Shown one piece after another: positions 1-8,779 of a stretch of DNA of 58,378 nucleotides (the stretch's first letter is position 1; each line of letters opens with the position of its first letter). The translations under genes were made by a program, and so were the position numbers. Source of the DNA: Azoarcus sp. GTDB taxonomy: Bacteria; Pseudomonadota; Gammaproteobacteria; Burkholderiales; Rhodocyclaceae. The notes under the pieces are model-generated. The model made no database searches. It was not told the DNA's origin and saw only the letters and a list, made by a program, of their open reading frames with translations. The DNA is taken from assembly GCA_031285365.1 (NCBI GenBank), contig JAITWP010000104.1, positions 1 through 58,378 on the forward strand. The letters run 5' to 3'.

Positions 1-872
1 TAACCCTCGCCGGTCAGCTTGATCTCCCGGTCGTCAACAGCCCCGGATCTCCTCGCCGGGAACTGCCCTGCGCGCGCTTGCAGTCCGACACTTACAACGG
101 AGGGGTTGAACACCGAGCCAAGCCCAGACGGCGCGGGGCCATACGGCCACTGTGGATCGTTGAACTGCGTCGAAAACTCTCGGTATGTGTCGCCCGTCAA
201 TGTGGCTGTACAGGTCAGTCGAGGAGCGCGCTCCACGATGCCTGAGTGGAAGCCCGTCGCCGCCAGCAACGAGCCTGCACCGAAGAAAAATCCCTGTTTA
301 CCGTGTACGGAGCCGCCTTCGCATTCCAGCGTGGAGGTGCCTGCGAACGTCGCTGCGAACTTCACCCGCAGCGTCTCACCAATCAGCTCCGACCATCCTT
401 CCAGCTCGCCTGCGCCCCCCACTGTGCGCGCGCCTCGCCCTGCGAGCGTAGAAGAGCTGTTGAACACACCGCGTGTCGGCGAGACCGCGCGCCCAGTCAA
501 CACAGATGCAGCGGTGATATTGCCTTCCGCCGAGAACACCCCCATCTGCACCGCTTTGGCGGCGAGCGTGGAAGTGCCGGAGATCGTGCTTTGCGCGGGT
601 ACAGCGCGTATCGGATACCCGACGCCGACGATGCTGGAGCTACCCGCGAAACGCCCTATAGCACCCACAGGGCCTACAACACTGCCTGCGGCGTTGAGCA
701 CGGCTGTTGCTGCTGTGAATACACCCTTCGCGGCAACTATTAGGATTGCTGGCGGCGCTTCGTCATCCCACTGCGGGCCGAAATTTACAGCGTCGCTCGC
801 TGGCGGCGTGTAGGGTAGCTTGCCGCTCCAGCCGAAGTTGACGGCATCGAAGGCGGGGGGCGTGTAGGCCAT
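1..872 (-). CDS. Putative virion/tail protein, runs off the left edge
   Basis: ATG at 872 directly after the stop of the LamG gene; reads MAYTPPAFDAVNFGWSGKLPYTPPASDAVNFG and appears open to the window edge; Gly/Ala/Ser-rich; absent from the ORF track, probably because no stop is in the window. Confidence 0.7.
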   Translation of the reverse strand, partial: MAYTPPAFDAVNFGWSGKLPYTPPASDAVNFGPQWDDEAPPAILIVAAKGVFTAATAVLNAAGSVVGPVGAIGRFAGSSSIVGVGYPIRAVPAQSTISGTSTLAAKAVQMGVFSAEGNITAASVLTGRAVSPTRGVFNSSSTLAGRGARTVGGAGELEGWSELIGETLRVKFAATFAGTSTLECEGGSVHGKQGFFFGAGSLLAATGFHSGIVERAPRLTCTATLTGDTYREFSTQFNDPQWPYGPAPSGLGSVFNPSVVSVGLQARAGQFPARRSGAVDDREIKLTGEG

Positions 873-873
873 A

Positions 874-3800
874 TCAGCCTCGCACTACGCGGTCTGCGAT
901 GAGAGAGTTGAACTGTCCTGTGTCATCCACGGCGATGACGTAGAACTCCAGCGGGGGAGGGTCGAGAAACTCGTAATACCCGGTCTCGGGATCGCTCACC
1001 GTTGACATCACAAGCTGCCCGGTGTCGCGCCGATGCAAGCGCAGATGGCGCGCAGTCACCGTGCCGCCAGCGTCCAACACCGTGCCGGAGATACGCGTGC
1101 GTGTTTGCCCCTGCAACAAATGAGGTGCGTCCGGCACAGTGATGTCACTGGTCTTGGCGGGGTAGCGTGCGACACCTTTGGTGACACGCACATTGGAGAT
1201 GTAGCCCTTAAACAACGAACCTGCGTTGTTCCCAGTCACCACGTCTCGCCCGCCTATGGAGAGCGCCTTGTTTCCTGCGTCGGTCACAGTACCTGTTTGT
1301 GTGGCTTCGATCTCCAGCGCTCCGTCCAGAAACAAGCGCCAGCGTGTACCGACGCGCACCAGTGCAACGTGGTGCCACGTGTTGAGCGTCACCGTCGTGG
1401 CGGCTGTGAGCGTCTGCCCCCAGGCAGTCCCGCCCTCTATCCCGTACTGTAGCGCTAACTTCCCGCTGGTATAGAGAAAAATACTGAACTGGGGATAGAC
1501 ACCGTAAACGCCGCCTTTCTGCACAAGCATCGGTGTGTAGGCAGAGGTGTCGCTCATCGTCGTGGAGTAAAACCAGCACTCCACAGTAAAGTCGTCGGTG
1601 GACAAGTTCAGAGCTGCGCTGTAAGGCACGATCAACGACCCCGCCCCGGTAAAGTAGGCCGAAGTCCCGCCGAAAGGACTCTGTGCGGCGCTTACACTCA
1701 CGCCAGCGCCGACTACAGCAATTGGTTTTCCAGTCTCCTCCGTAAATATGGTGGAACCGGCAACACCATCCAGCCGCGCCAGCAGCGTGACATTGCTCCA
1801 GTAAGGGTCTGTGCTGTCCGCGGGGAATGGCGCTTCTAGCACCAACGAGGGGATCTCGTCAGGGATATAACGCGCAATGCCACGGCTTACGCACAGATCA
1901 TCCAACTGGCCTTGCAGATTGTAGGATAGTCCGCTTGTGCCGGAGCCTATTAATATGCGTTCCTCCATATAAAACTCGCCTTTGGCCGGGTGCGTGTTGC
2001 CCTCCTGCTCGCCATTAAGATACAAGCGCAGCCCGTCTGCATACCGCACCAGCGCAACGTGGTACCAAGCACCAAGTTCAAGTTTCGTATCGCCTGCTAT
2101 GACATACACCAGATTTCTGTACACCCACAACGTCCCTGCCGCGCTCACCCCGATAGTGATACGCTCGCCATCCGCAGAGTAACGCCCCTCAAAAATAACC
2201 GTAAGCGCGTCGTTCCGCGCGAGATTGACCCAGAACTCGATGGTGAAGTTTGCCCCGCCCAGATAGAAAAATACTGCGCCTGCGGCATCTGAAGCCCGCG
2301 GCTGCACCCACGGGCCGTAGTTACTCATCTGCAAACTACTCCTGCCGTTACGTGATCGGGCAAATGTGGTCGTTACAAACCCTGAAGATCCAGACCCGAC
2401 AGAGTTGATGCAGTAGCCAGTCTCGTCGAGCACCGCGCGTTGTCCCTCAACGCCATCACAGCGTAGTAGCAGCGTCACTGGTTCGGTCGGTTCGCCGTCG
2501 AAGTTTATGGGTACTGCGCTAAATACACCCCCGCCGCTTGTATCAACATACCGCGCGACGCCCTTGGTCACGCGAACCTCGTCTATGTATCCGTTAAAGT
2601 TATCCCCGCCCGAACCGCCGAAAGAGTTGTACCCGAGCTTGGCGCCTGTGGAAGGCGAGAGAAAATTTGTGTTGTTTTGCACAAGCCCTTTGACAACCCC
2701 ATCAACCACGATAGTTAGCGTCCCTGCGCGTCGCTGCAACACAACGAACACCCACTTGTTGAGTGTGAATATGTTTTGCGCCGTGCTTAAGATTGTAGTG
2801 TTGTTGACGCTGAGCATAAACTGTCGTGTGGACGAGTTCAGCGCGAACCAAATATAGCTTCCCTGTGTGCTGTTCGGTCGCGTGTCCAAAAAAGCACCTT
2901 GATACCCGGCGGCGGGGATGTACAGCCACATCTCTATCGTGAAATCGCCTGTCCCGAACGCGAACGCGCCGTTGTCGGCGATATTGATATAGTTGGCTCC
3001 TCCCGGGCAATTCAGGAACGCCCCGCCTATCGTTGTCGCTACAGCCGTGCTGGTGGTGGCGCTCCCTACGCGAGTCATCGCCAATCCGAGCGGCCCCGAA
3101 TCAGGAAACACCGTGCCGCCGTTCGCACCATCGAAATGCGCGAGCAGCACCGTGTTGCTCCAATGCGGGTCGTTGCTGTCAAACGCCGCCGTCGGCACAG
3201 GAAAATCTTCGACGCCCCCGCCAACATACTTCGCTTCACGCGTGATGCACAACTCGGACATGTACCCTGCGAAACGCGTGCCGGAGTTCAGAGGCTGCTC
3301 CCCGCCGACGCAAAATAACCTGCTGGTGTCCGCCATCGTGATCGTCTGCACGGCACTGCCGACAACACCTCCATTAACGAGCAGGAATAAAGCAGAGCCT
3401 TTCCGTACCATTGCTACATGCTGCCAAACACCTACCGTCAGCGGGGGGCAGGAAACTTGCTGATAGCTTACAGCACCGCGACTATCGCCTATGTATAGCA
3501 TCGTCACCGTGTTTGTGGCGTATATGGCGTACTGCGGATGAGCCTGGCCAGTCACGCCGTCCTTGTTGAACAGGTATCGTGCCGTGCTACTCAGCAAGGT
3601 GGGGTACACCCAACACTCAACGGTGAAATCCCCGTCAACAAGATTAAGCGACGTGTCGGGCGGAACCCATGCCATATCCGCCGTACCGCCTGCCAGGTAT
3701 AAGCTTGTAGCGCCGAAGCGACTCTGCGCGCTCGACAACGCCGCTGTGCCGGACAAACCGACCGACTTGCCTGCCTCGTCCTTGATGTTTACATCACCGT

Positions 3801-4494
3801 CCTCGCCGTCAAAACGCAGCAACAACGGCATCTTCATGCGGGAGTAAAAAAACCTGTGCGCCGGAGGCAGAAAGTCAGACGTATAAAGACCTTCTGTCGT
3901 TACGCGCAGCTCGTCTATGTAGCCGCTTATATTCTCGCCTATGATCGGCGACGAGGCGTATGCGGGGCTGGAAACACCACTGCTGGACGAAGCGCTAAAC
4001 CCGGGCGGCGACAACAGCACGCCGTCGCGGAACACATAAAAACAGTTTGTGCTGCCAGGCTCGCCGGCTAAATACCGCGAGGCGGCAAGGTGGTACCAGC
4101 GCCCAGTTTCCCACTCCAATGCGTCAGACACCGCCACGCCCGCGTCGGATACACCGAAACGCAAGCGCCCCTCGAATATATTGAAGTTAAGTGTGTTCGC
4201 CGTGGCAGAACGCCACAAGCTGTACACCACTCCACTCTCCGTAGGGGGTGTGTTGAACATCACAAACATCTCTATCGTCGCGCCGCCCGTGCCGAAAGTG
4301 TGCTCTATGCGGCTAGCCGGCGGCGCTACGGCGCTCGCCCCGTCGAGCGCGAGACTTGTGCCGTTGTACATACTCTGCGCGGATGAGAGCTTCGCAGCAC
4401 CGACCGCCATGATGGGCTTGCCGGTCTCGTCCTTGATGTCCGTCGAACCGTCGGCACCATCGAAATGAAGCAACAGCACCGTGGTGTGGGACAT
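874..4494 (-). CDS. Tail fibre / receptor-binding protein with five tandem LamG (ConA-like lectin) domains
   Basis: Five ~210-aa units of the form LLLHFDG...FT(V/I)E.W...W.H.A..R...LF.DG...GYIDE.RVTKG.ARY, then a ~90-aa C-terminal Ig-like segment (RISGTV...GYYEF). Confidence 0.8.
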   Translation of the reverse strand: MSHTTVLLLHFDGADGSTDIKDETGKPIMAVGAAKLSSAQSMYNGTSLALDGASAVAPPASRIEHTFGTGGATIEMFVMFNTPPTESGVVYSLWRSATANTLNFNIFEGRLRFGVSDAGVAVSDALEWETGRWYHLAASRYLAGEPGSTNCFYVFRDGVLLSPPGFSASSSSGVSSPAYASSPIIGENISGYIDELRVTTEGLYTSDFLPPAHRFFYSRMKMPLLLRFDGEDGDVNIKDEAGKSVGLSGTAALSSAQSRFGATSLYLAGGTADMAWVPPDTSLNLVDGDFTVECWVYPTLLSSTARYLFNKDGVTGQAHPQYAIYATNTVTMLYIGDSRGAVSYQQVSCPPLTVGVWQHVAMVRKGSALFLLVNGGVVGSAVQTITMADTSRLFCVGGEQPLNSGTRFAGYMSELCITREAKYVGGGVEDFPVPTAAFDSNDPHWSNTVLLAHFDGANGGTVFPDSGPLGLAMTRVGSATTSTAVATTIGGAFLNCPGGANYINIADNGAFAFGTGDFTIEMWLYIPAAGYQGAFLDTRPNSTQGSYIWFALNSSTRQFMLSVNNTTILSTAQNIFTLNKWVFVVLQRRAGTLTIVVDGVVKGLVQNNTNFLSPSTGAKLGYNSFGGSGGDNFNGYIDEVRVTKGVARYVDTSGGGVFSAVPINFDGEPTEPVTLLLRCDGVEGQRAVLDETGYCINSVGSGSSGFVTTTFARSRNGRSSLQMSNYGPWVQPRASDAAGAVFFYLGGANFTIEFWVNLARNDALTVIFEGRYSADGERITIGVSAAGTLWVYRNLVYVIAGDTKLELGAWYHVALVRYADGLRLYLNGEQEGNTHPAKGEFYMEERILIGSGTSGLSYNLQGQLDDLCVSRGIARYIPDEIPSLVLEAPFPADSTDPYWSNVTLLARLDGVAGSTIFTEETGKPIAVVGAGVSVSAAQSPFGGTSAYFTGAGSLIVPYSAALNLSTDDFTVECWFYSTTMSDTSAYTPMLVQKGGVYGVYPQFSIFLYTSGKLALQYGIEGGTAWGQTLTAATTVTLNTWHHVALVRVGTRWRLFLDGALEIEATQTGTVTDAGNKALSIGGRDVVTGNNAGSLFKGYISNVRVTKGVARYPAKTSDITVPDAPHLLQGQTRTRISGTVLDAGGTVTARHLRLHRRDTGQLVMSTVSDPETGYYEFLDPPPLEFYVIAVDDTGQFNSLIADRVVRG

Positions 4495-5081
4495 CAGTCA
4501 GTCACCTCGTCAACCACGCGCACCGCGCCGTGCAGAAGCTGCGTCACAACACCTGTCGGCGACTCCATCTCAAGATCGTAGATACCCTTTGTCCATGTAT
4601 ATCCGGCGGTGGCAGTAGCGGAGATGGTGAGCGTGATGGTCTTGGCCGCATCGTCTATGGCGATGTCGGCTTCCGTGAAGGAAGCCAGCGTCAGCCCGCC
4701 GACGCGATCCTTGACTTTCATGCGCGCGACATAGCCCGTCAACTCGTGCGGCATGTTGTACTGAAGATACCCGCCGCCCTTGTATTCGTCATACCGTGCC
4801 GCGTTAACCGCGTTGAACTGCACCGTGTCATCGTCCACCACGGTGATGGTGTGATACTCGTTATCCCAAGGGGGGAGGTGCGCGGCGTTGGCCTCGTGCA
4901 TCCCTTTCACGCCGGTGACCGCAGCGCGCCACCCGTGCGGCGCTCCGTGCCCCGGCGCTGTGATCGTCATCGGCGCGGTGGTTGTGATGTTGGTGACCGC
5001 ACGGTAAACGACGGGCGCAGTCTCCCACCGCAGCACCTGCACGAACGTCTTGCCTTGAAGTATGGTGATGTCTTGTTTCAT
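4494..5081 (-). CDS. Phage structural protein
   Basis: Likely start MKQDITILQG at 5081; APMTITAPGHG..V.GVKGM.EAN segment and C-terminal YDLEM motif typical of tail-region proteins; stop overlaps next start. Confidence 0.65.
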   Translation of the reverse strand: MKQDITILQGKTFVQVLRWETAPVVYRAVTNITTTAPMTITAPGHGAPHGWRAAVTGVKGMHEANAAHLPPWDNEYHTITVVDDDTVQFNAVNAARYDEYKGGGYLQYNMPHELTGYVARMKVKDRVGGLTLASFTEADIAIDDAAKTITLTISATATAGYTWTKGIYDLEMESPTGVVTQLLHGAVRVVDEVTD

Positions 5082-5401
5082 TACATAGGCTCCTTGTGTA
5101 CTCGCACGCCGACGATGGTGAATTTGGAAGGGTCGAAACGAGGCGCCTTGATGAGCAGGGGGGTTTCGGCGACCAGCTTGTACTCGTGCCGCACGCGCGT
5201 GCGGAAGCAGTCGTCCTTGACGCTGATCTCGCGGCGATGCACAGCGCCGTCGCGCACCAAACGGCGCAATGCGCGCGCCAGAGGGCGCCAGCACTCAGCG
5301 TTTTGTGTCGCAAGCTCGGTGGCGGTTACCCATGCTTGCTGGCGCGCCAGTAACCTGAGCGCCAAACTCTCCGTAGCGGCTCTGTGCTCTGCGCGCCCCA
5401 C
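5081..5401 (-). CDS. Hypothetical protein, possible winged-helix
   Basis: 106-aa ORF filling the operon gap; TATELA...LARALRRLVRDGAV resembles wHTH. Confidence 0.5.
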   Translation of the reverse strand: MGRAEHRAATESLALRLLARQQAWVTATELATQNAECWRPLARALRRLVRDGAVHRREISVKDDCFRTRVRHEYKLVAETPLLIKAPRFDPSKFTIVGVRVHKEPM

Positions 5402-5404
5402 GTC

Positions 5405-6070
5405 TCACAGCCCGCCGTAAGTTATCGTCCGATTTTTGTGCCGCTGCCGCGCCATCTCGGCGCTCGCCTTGAGGCAATACGCGTCGTGCGCCGTCTTGTA
5501 TTCATCGCGCTTGGAGCGGTCAAACGCATCCGCGTCCTGCTTGCCATATGCGCGGCTTTTCATCCACAGCAGCAGATGCTCGTGGTGGTGCGTGTCAATC
5601 TCGTCGAACTCGAAACTGGTTTGGCCGATGCGGGGTTCATCCAGCGGCAGGCGGTACACAGGCACGAGTATGGCATCGTCCTCCACAGGTATCTGCACGA
5701 CACGCACCTTGTTGCGTTCCTCGCCGGTCACCATGTAGCGTACCGGGCCGGGCGCGGTGATCTTGAGAAACAACGCGCTCGGCGACAGATTTTCAATGCT
5801 GCGAAGCTCCACCTGTCGCCCGCTCGACTCCAGCGTCGCGCCGTCGCGGAACTTCAAAATGCGCGGATCGTGGTCAGCCCACGCGCTCCCCGCGATGAGC
5901 TGTATCCGGCACACATCCGAGGTCGAGTCCGCAATGCCGCCAGTATCCCGCACAAACATGCGGTACGCGTCGGCCATGTAGCGGAACACCTCCTCGTCGC
6001 TCCACAGATACGGCTGCGCCGTATCCGCAACATCGGAGCGAAACGCCGCGTACAGCTCGCCAGAGTTCAC
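5405..6070 (-). CDS. Putative head-tail adaptor protein
   Basis: 221 aa with D...PYLWSDEE motif and H..LL.WM..RAY.KQDAD; downstream of capsid genes. Confidence 0.65.
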   Translation of the reverse strand: MNSGELYAAFRSDVADTAQPYLWSDEEVFRYMADAYRMFVRDTGGIADSTSDVCRIQLIAGSAWADHDPRILKFRDGATLESSGRQVELRSIENLSPSALFLKITAPGPVRYMVTGEERNKVRVVQIPVEDDAILVPVYRLPLDEPRIGQTSFEFDEIDTHHHEHLLLWMKSRAYGKQDADAFDRSKRDEYKTAHDAYCLKASAEMARQRHKNRTITYGGL

Positions 6071-6450
6071 GCAGCACCCTCAAGGCTGGCGCGGTAGGCG
6101 TGATACCCATCCACGACTTCTTCCTTGGTGACGTGGAAACCTGCAAGATCAGACACCGCTTTTGCGGACGGCACGCCTTGCGCGGTGAAATCTTCGCGCT
6201 GCTTGCGCGCGTCTATGGACTTGAATACAGCCGTAAGTGCTGCCGCGCGTGCTTCGCCCTCGGGCACGACCGGCACGACCGGCTCGTCGGGCAGCATCTC
6301 CTCGCGCTCACCTTCTACCGGCTCCGCGCCGATTTTTTGCGCGTCGAGAACAAGAGAAGGGGGGATGTTGACGGGTTGCCCCTTGATGAAGTTGATCGCG
6401 TGGCCAAAGCCCATCAGGGTGTAATTACGGTTGAGAACATACAAAGGCAT
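6067..6450 (-). CDS. Hypothetical phage protein
   Basis: 127-aa ORF with GGAG RBS; stop overlaps next start. Confidence 0.7.
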   Translation of the reverse strand: MPLYVLNRNYTLMGFGHAINFIKGQPVNIPPSLVLDAQKIGAEPVEGEREEMLPDEPVVPVVPEGEARAAALTAVFKSIDARKQREDFTAQGVPSAKAVSDLAGFHVTKEEVVDGYHAYRASLEGAA

Positions 6451-6466
6451 GATGACTCCTCAAGAT

Positions 6467-6494
6467 AAAAAAGCAGGGAGCCGAAGCCCCCTGC
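6467..6494 (-). terminator. Rho-independent terminator after capsid genes
   Basis: GCAGGGGGC-TTCG-GCTCCCTGC followed by T6 on the minus strand. Confidence 0.85.
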
Positions 6495-6506
6495 CGAGCC
6501 TACGCA

Positions 6507-6932
6507 CTAGGCAATTTGAACTTCGTTGGAGCGGTTCTTGACCGTGTACATAACACGGACAGTCACCGTTCCGGCAGTTGCGGCTGCCGCAGTGACGGTG
6601 AGACGCACGTTCTCGCCAGCACCGCGGAAGCCGGTCAGCGTCAGGGCAGTGCGCCCCGCAGTAGCCAGATTCACGGCGGCGCCATAGCGGGTGGCGTTAA
6701 GGCTGTCGCCCACGCCGAGCGTCGCAACACCACCGGCGAAGGCGGTTTCCACCGCAACTTCACCACCGATCACCGTGGCGCCCGGAGGCAGCGGGATGGC
6801 GTCAAACACAATGCCAGTGCCGAAGCTCTTGGTATTGCCGTTCACCGAATCAACCGCCGTATCGTCGAAGCTGAAAGTAAACTCAGCCAGCAACGGATAC
6901 TGCGCGGTACGAGATGCTTTCAATGCAGTCAT
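6507..6932 (-). CDS. Virion structural protein, probable capsid decoration
   Basis: 141 aa, Ala/Thr/Gly-rich, LPPGATVIGG motif, directly after the major capsid gene and before a terminator. Confidence 0.7.
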   Translation of the reverse strand: MTALKASRTAQYPLLAEFTFSFDDTAVDSVNGNTKSFGTGIVFDAIPLPPGATVIGGEVAVETAFAGGVATLGVGDSLNATRYGAAVNLATAGRTALTLTGFRGAGENVRLTVTAAAATAGTVTVRVMYTVKNRSNEVQIA

Positions 6933-6944
6933 GATGAATCCTCC

Positions 6945-8060
6945 TTATTGAGCTGCGTAGATGGAGAACACGCCGTGATCCTGCACGGTGTTGCCGCCAT
7001 ACTGGGTGTTGAACTGGGGCTTCAGGAAGCCGAGGATTTTCGCCACGGAGATGCCGACCTGATTCTTGTAGTCGTAATCTTCCTCGTCCCACTCGGGGTT
7101 GCCGAGATCCGCCATGCCCATCGCTTGCGCGCCGCAGAACAGCATCTGGCATCCGTCAACGTTCAGCCCCGCGCCCCACTTGCCAGTGCCGGAAGCGGCG
7201 CCGGAAGTGTTGTACACATGGCGGAACTCGTGCAGATACAGACCGTCAATCTTCACGGTGGAGCCGGAGAACAACTTGTTGTCGTCCCCACGGGTCTGCG
7301 CGTGACGCAGGTTCTGCATGTACGTCGGGTCGAGCTTCAGCTTCGCCATCGCCTGCGGGGTCAGGAACACATGGAATGTCTCCTCGCCGCCGGACTCACG
7401 CACACCACGGATGTACTGCTCCTTGGCATACGCCTTGGCCTGCACCATCAGCTCCCACATCGGCGTGTCAGCACCGGCGACGGCGGAAGTGCCAGTGCCC
7501 CACTCGATCTGCTTGGCCGTGCCGTTCCAACGACCGAAACGACGGTTCGTCGGCGCTTTCACGTCGGCGGCGAACTCAAGCGCGGCAAGCTCAGGGCTTG
7601 CGCGCACAGCGCCGTTGTTTCGCATGGTATAAGGCACGCCGGACAGCGTGAGGAAGGCGATCTGATCCATACGGTCGGAAAGCCAGTAAGCCAGCTTGTC
7701 ACGGGAGTTCTCGCGGAAGTTGACGATGGATTTCTGGTCGGCGATGCGGCCTTCGGAACGGTTGGCGTTACGCATCTGGTCAATGCGGATCACCTGATCG
7801 AAGCTCTTCATCGTCTCTTCGTTACCCACCAGCGTGCGATCCCCGACAACACCGTCGCCTTCAAGATCAGCCAGCAATGTGATAACTGCGCGCGCACCCT
7901 TCTCGGTTTTCTTCAGCTCGGTAACGTGCTGAATCATCGAGTTGGAATCCTTGCCCAGAAACTTGTTGATGAAAGACAGATTGCGGGCCTGAGACCAGAA
8001 GTCCATAGACCACGCGGTTTTTTGCTCGTTTGTGAGCAACCCAAAATTGGTTAGTGCCAT
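6945..8060 (-). CDS. Major capsid protein, N4-gp56 type
   Basis: 371 aa; MALTNFGLLT, TELKKTEKGARAVITLLADL.GDG..GD..L.GNEE, FRENSRDKLAYW; AGGAG RBS. Confidence 0.9.
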   Translation of the reverse strand: MALTNFGLLTNEQKTAWSMDFWSQARNLSFINKFLGKDSNSMIQHVTELKKTEKGARAVITLLADLEGDGVVGDRTLVGNEETMKSFDQVIRIDQMRNANRSEGRIADQKSIVNFRENSRDKLAYWLSDRMDQIAFLTLSGVPYTMRNNGAVRASPELAALEFAADVKAPTNRRFGRWNGTAKQIEWGTGTSAVAGADTPMWELMVQAKAYAKEQYIRGVRESGGEETFHVFLTPQAMAKLKLDPTYMQNLRHAQTRGDDNKLFSGSTVKIDGLYLHEFRHVYNTSGAASGTGKWGAGLNVDGCQMLFCGAQAMGMADLGNPEWDEEDYDYKNQVGISVAKILGFLKPQFNTQYGGNTVQDHGVFSIYAAQ

Positions 8061-8271
8061 GACAGGCGCTCCTATTAAAAGTGAACAGGGTCGTCTCTAC
8101 CGCTCTTGCTAGAGTTCGTTAGAAACAAAGGCGCGATGTCGCTGCGTCATGCGGGTTGTTCAACTATTAACGGGGTCGAGCCGGGGCATGTTTCGCCTAT
8201 GCCCACGCGAGAAGCAGCCTTTAACGGAGCTGCGCCGGGCGCTGTATCACCGCCGCCATGCGAATTAATGT

Positions 8272-8302
8272 CAGAGTACGTTAGATTAAATTAGATGTCA
8301 AG
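8272..8302 (-). promoter_or_regulatory. Sigma70-type promoter for the capsid operon
   Basis: Minus strand TTGACA-17 bp-TACTCT; overlaps motif GAGTACGTTAGA. Confidence 0.7.
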
Positions 8303-8343
8303 GGGGTGTTGCAGCGTGCGCCGCAACGTGGATAATCAGGAGT

Positions 8344-8614
8344 ATGAAAAAAAAAAAAAAAAAAAAAAACTGCGTTATACCTGCTGGCACTGGTTCCTCT
8401 CGCCGCCTACGGCGAAGTGCCCCCCACCGAGACGCTCTACAAATGCGTGGACACGAAGGGGGTCGTCCACTACACCGACGACCCCACTCGCAACCCGGCG
8501 TGCCCTGCCTATCGCCCCGGCAGTCCATACCCCACCATAGACTACACGGATGAGTCCATGCGCGAGGCGCAGAAAAAACTGCTGGAGCTTATGATGCGTT
8601 CCGCCAAGCACTAA
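8344..8614 (+). pseudogene. DUF4124-like secreted protein, out of frame at an A23 tract
   Basis: AGGAG RBS, ATG 8344, 23 A residues, then a +1 frame reading TALYLLALVPLAAYG-EVPPTETLYKCVDTKGVVHYTDDP. Confidence 0.7.
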
Positions 8615-8635
8615 AAAAGCCGGGGTTTCCCCCGG
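8613..8635 (-). terminator. Rho-independent terminator
   Basis: CCGGGG-GAAA-CCCCGG followed by a T-run on the minus strand, downstream of scaffold and micropeptide. Confidence 0.75.
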
Positions 8636-8662
8636 ACAAGACCTACACCCGTTTAAGAGTTC

Positions 8663-8722
8663 CTAACATTTCTTGCCACCGCCGCCTTTACCTTTACCTT
8701 TGCCTTTACCCTTGCAAGCCAT
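8663..8722 (-). CDS. 19-aa basic micropeptide MACKGKGKGKGKGGGGKKC
   Basis: Strong SD GGAGGTGA (8728-8735) before ATG 8722; TAG at 8663; followed by terminator. Confidence 0.7.
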   Translation of the reverse strand: MACKGKGKGKGKGGGGKKC

Positions 8723-8779
8723 ACGGATCACCTCCCTCCAAAGTCACAAACCACCGTTGCCAAACGGCTGAACGCCGCA

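Noticed and set aside
1..5081. Diversity-generating retroelement or invertible tail-fibre cassette
   Set aside because: No reverse transcriptase, no near-identical TR/VR pair differing at adenines and no invertase seen; the fibre repeats are old diverged domains. The region left of the window is unseen.
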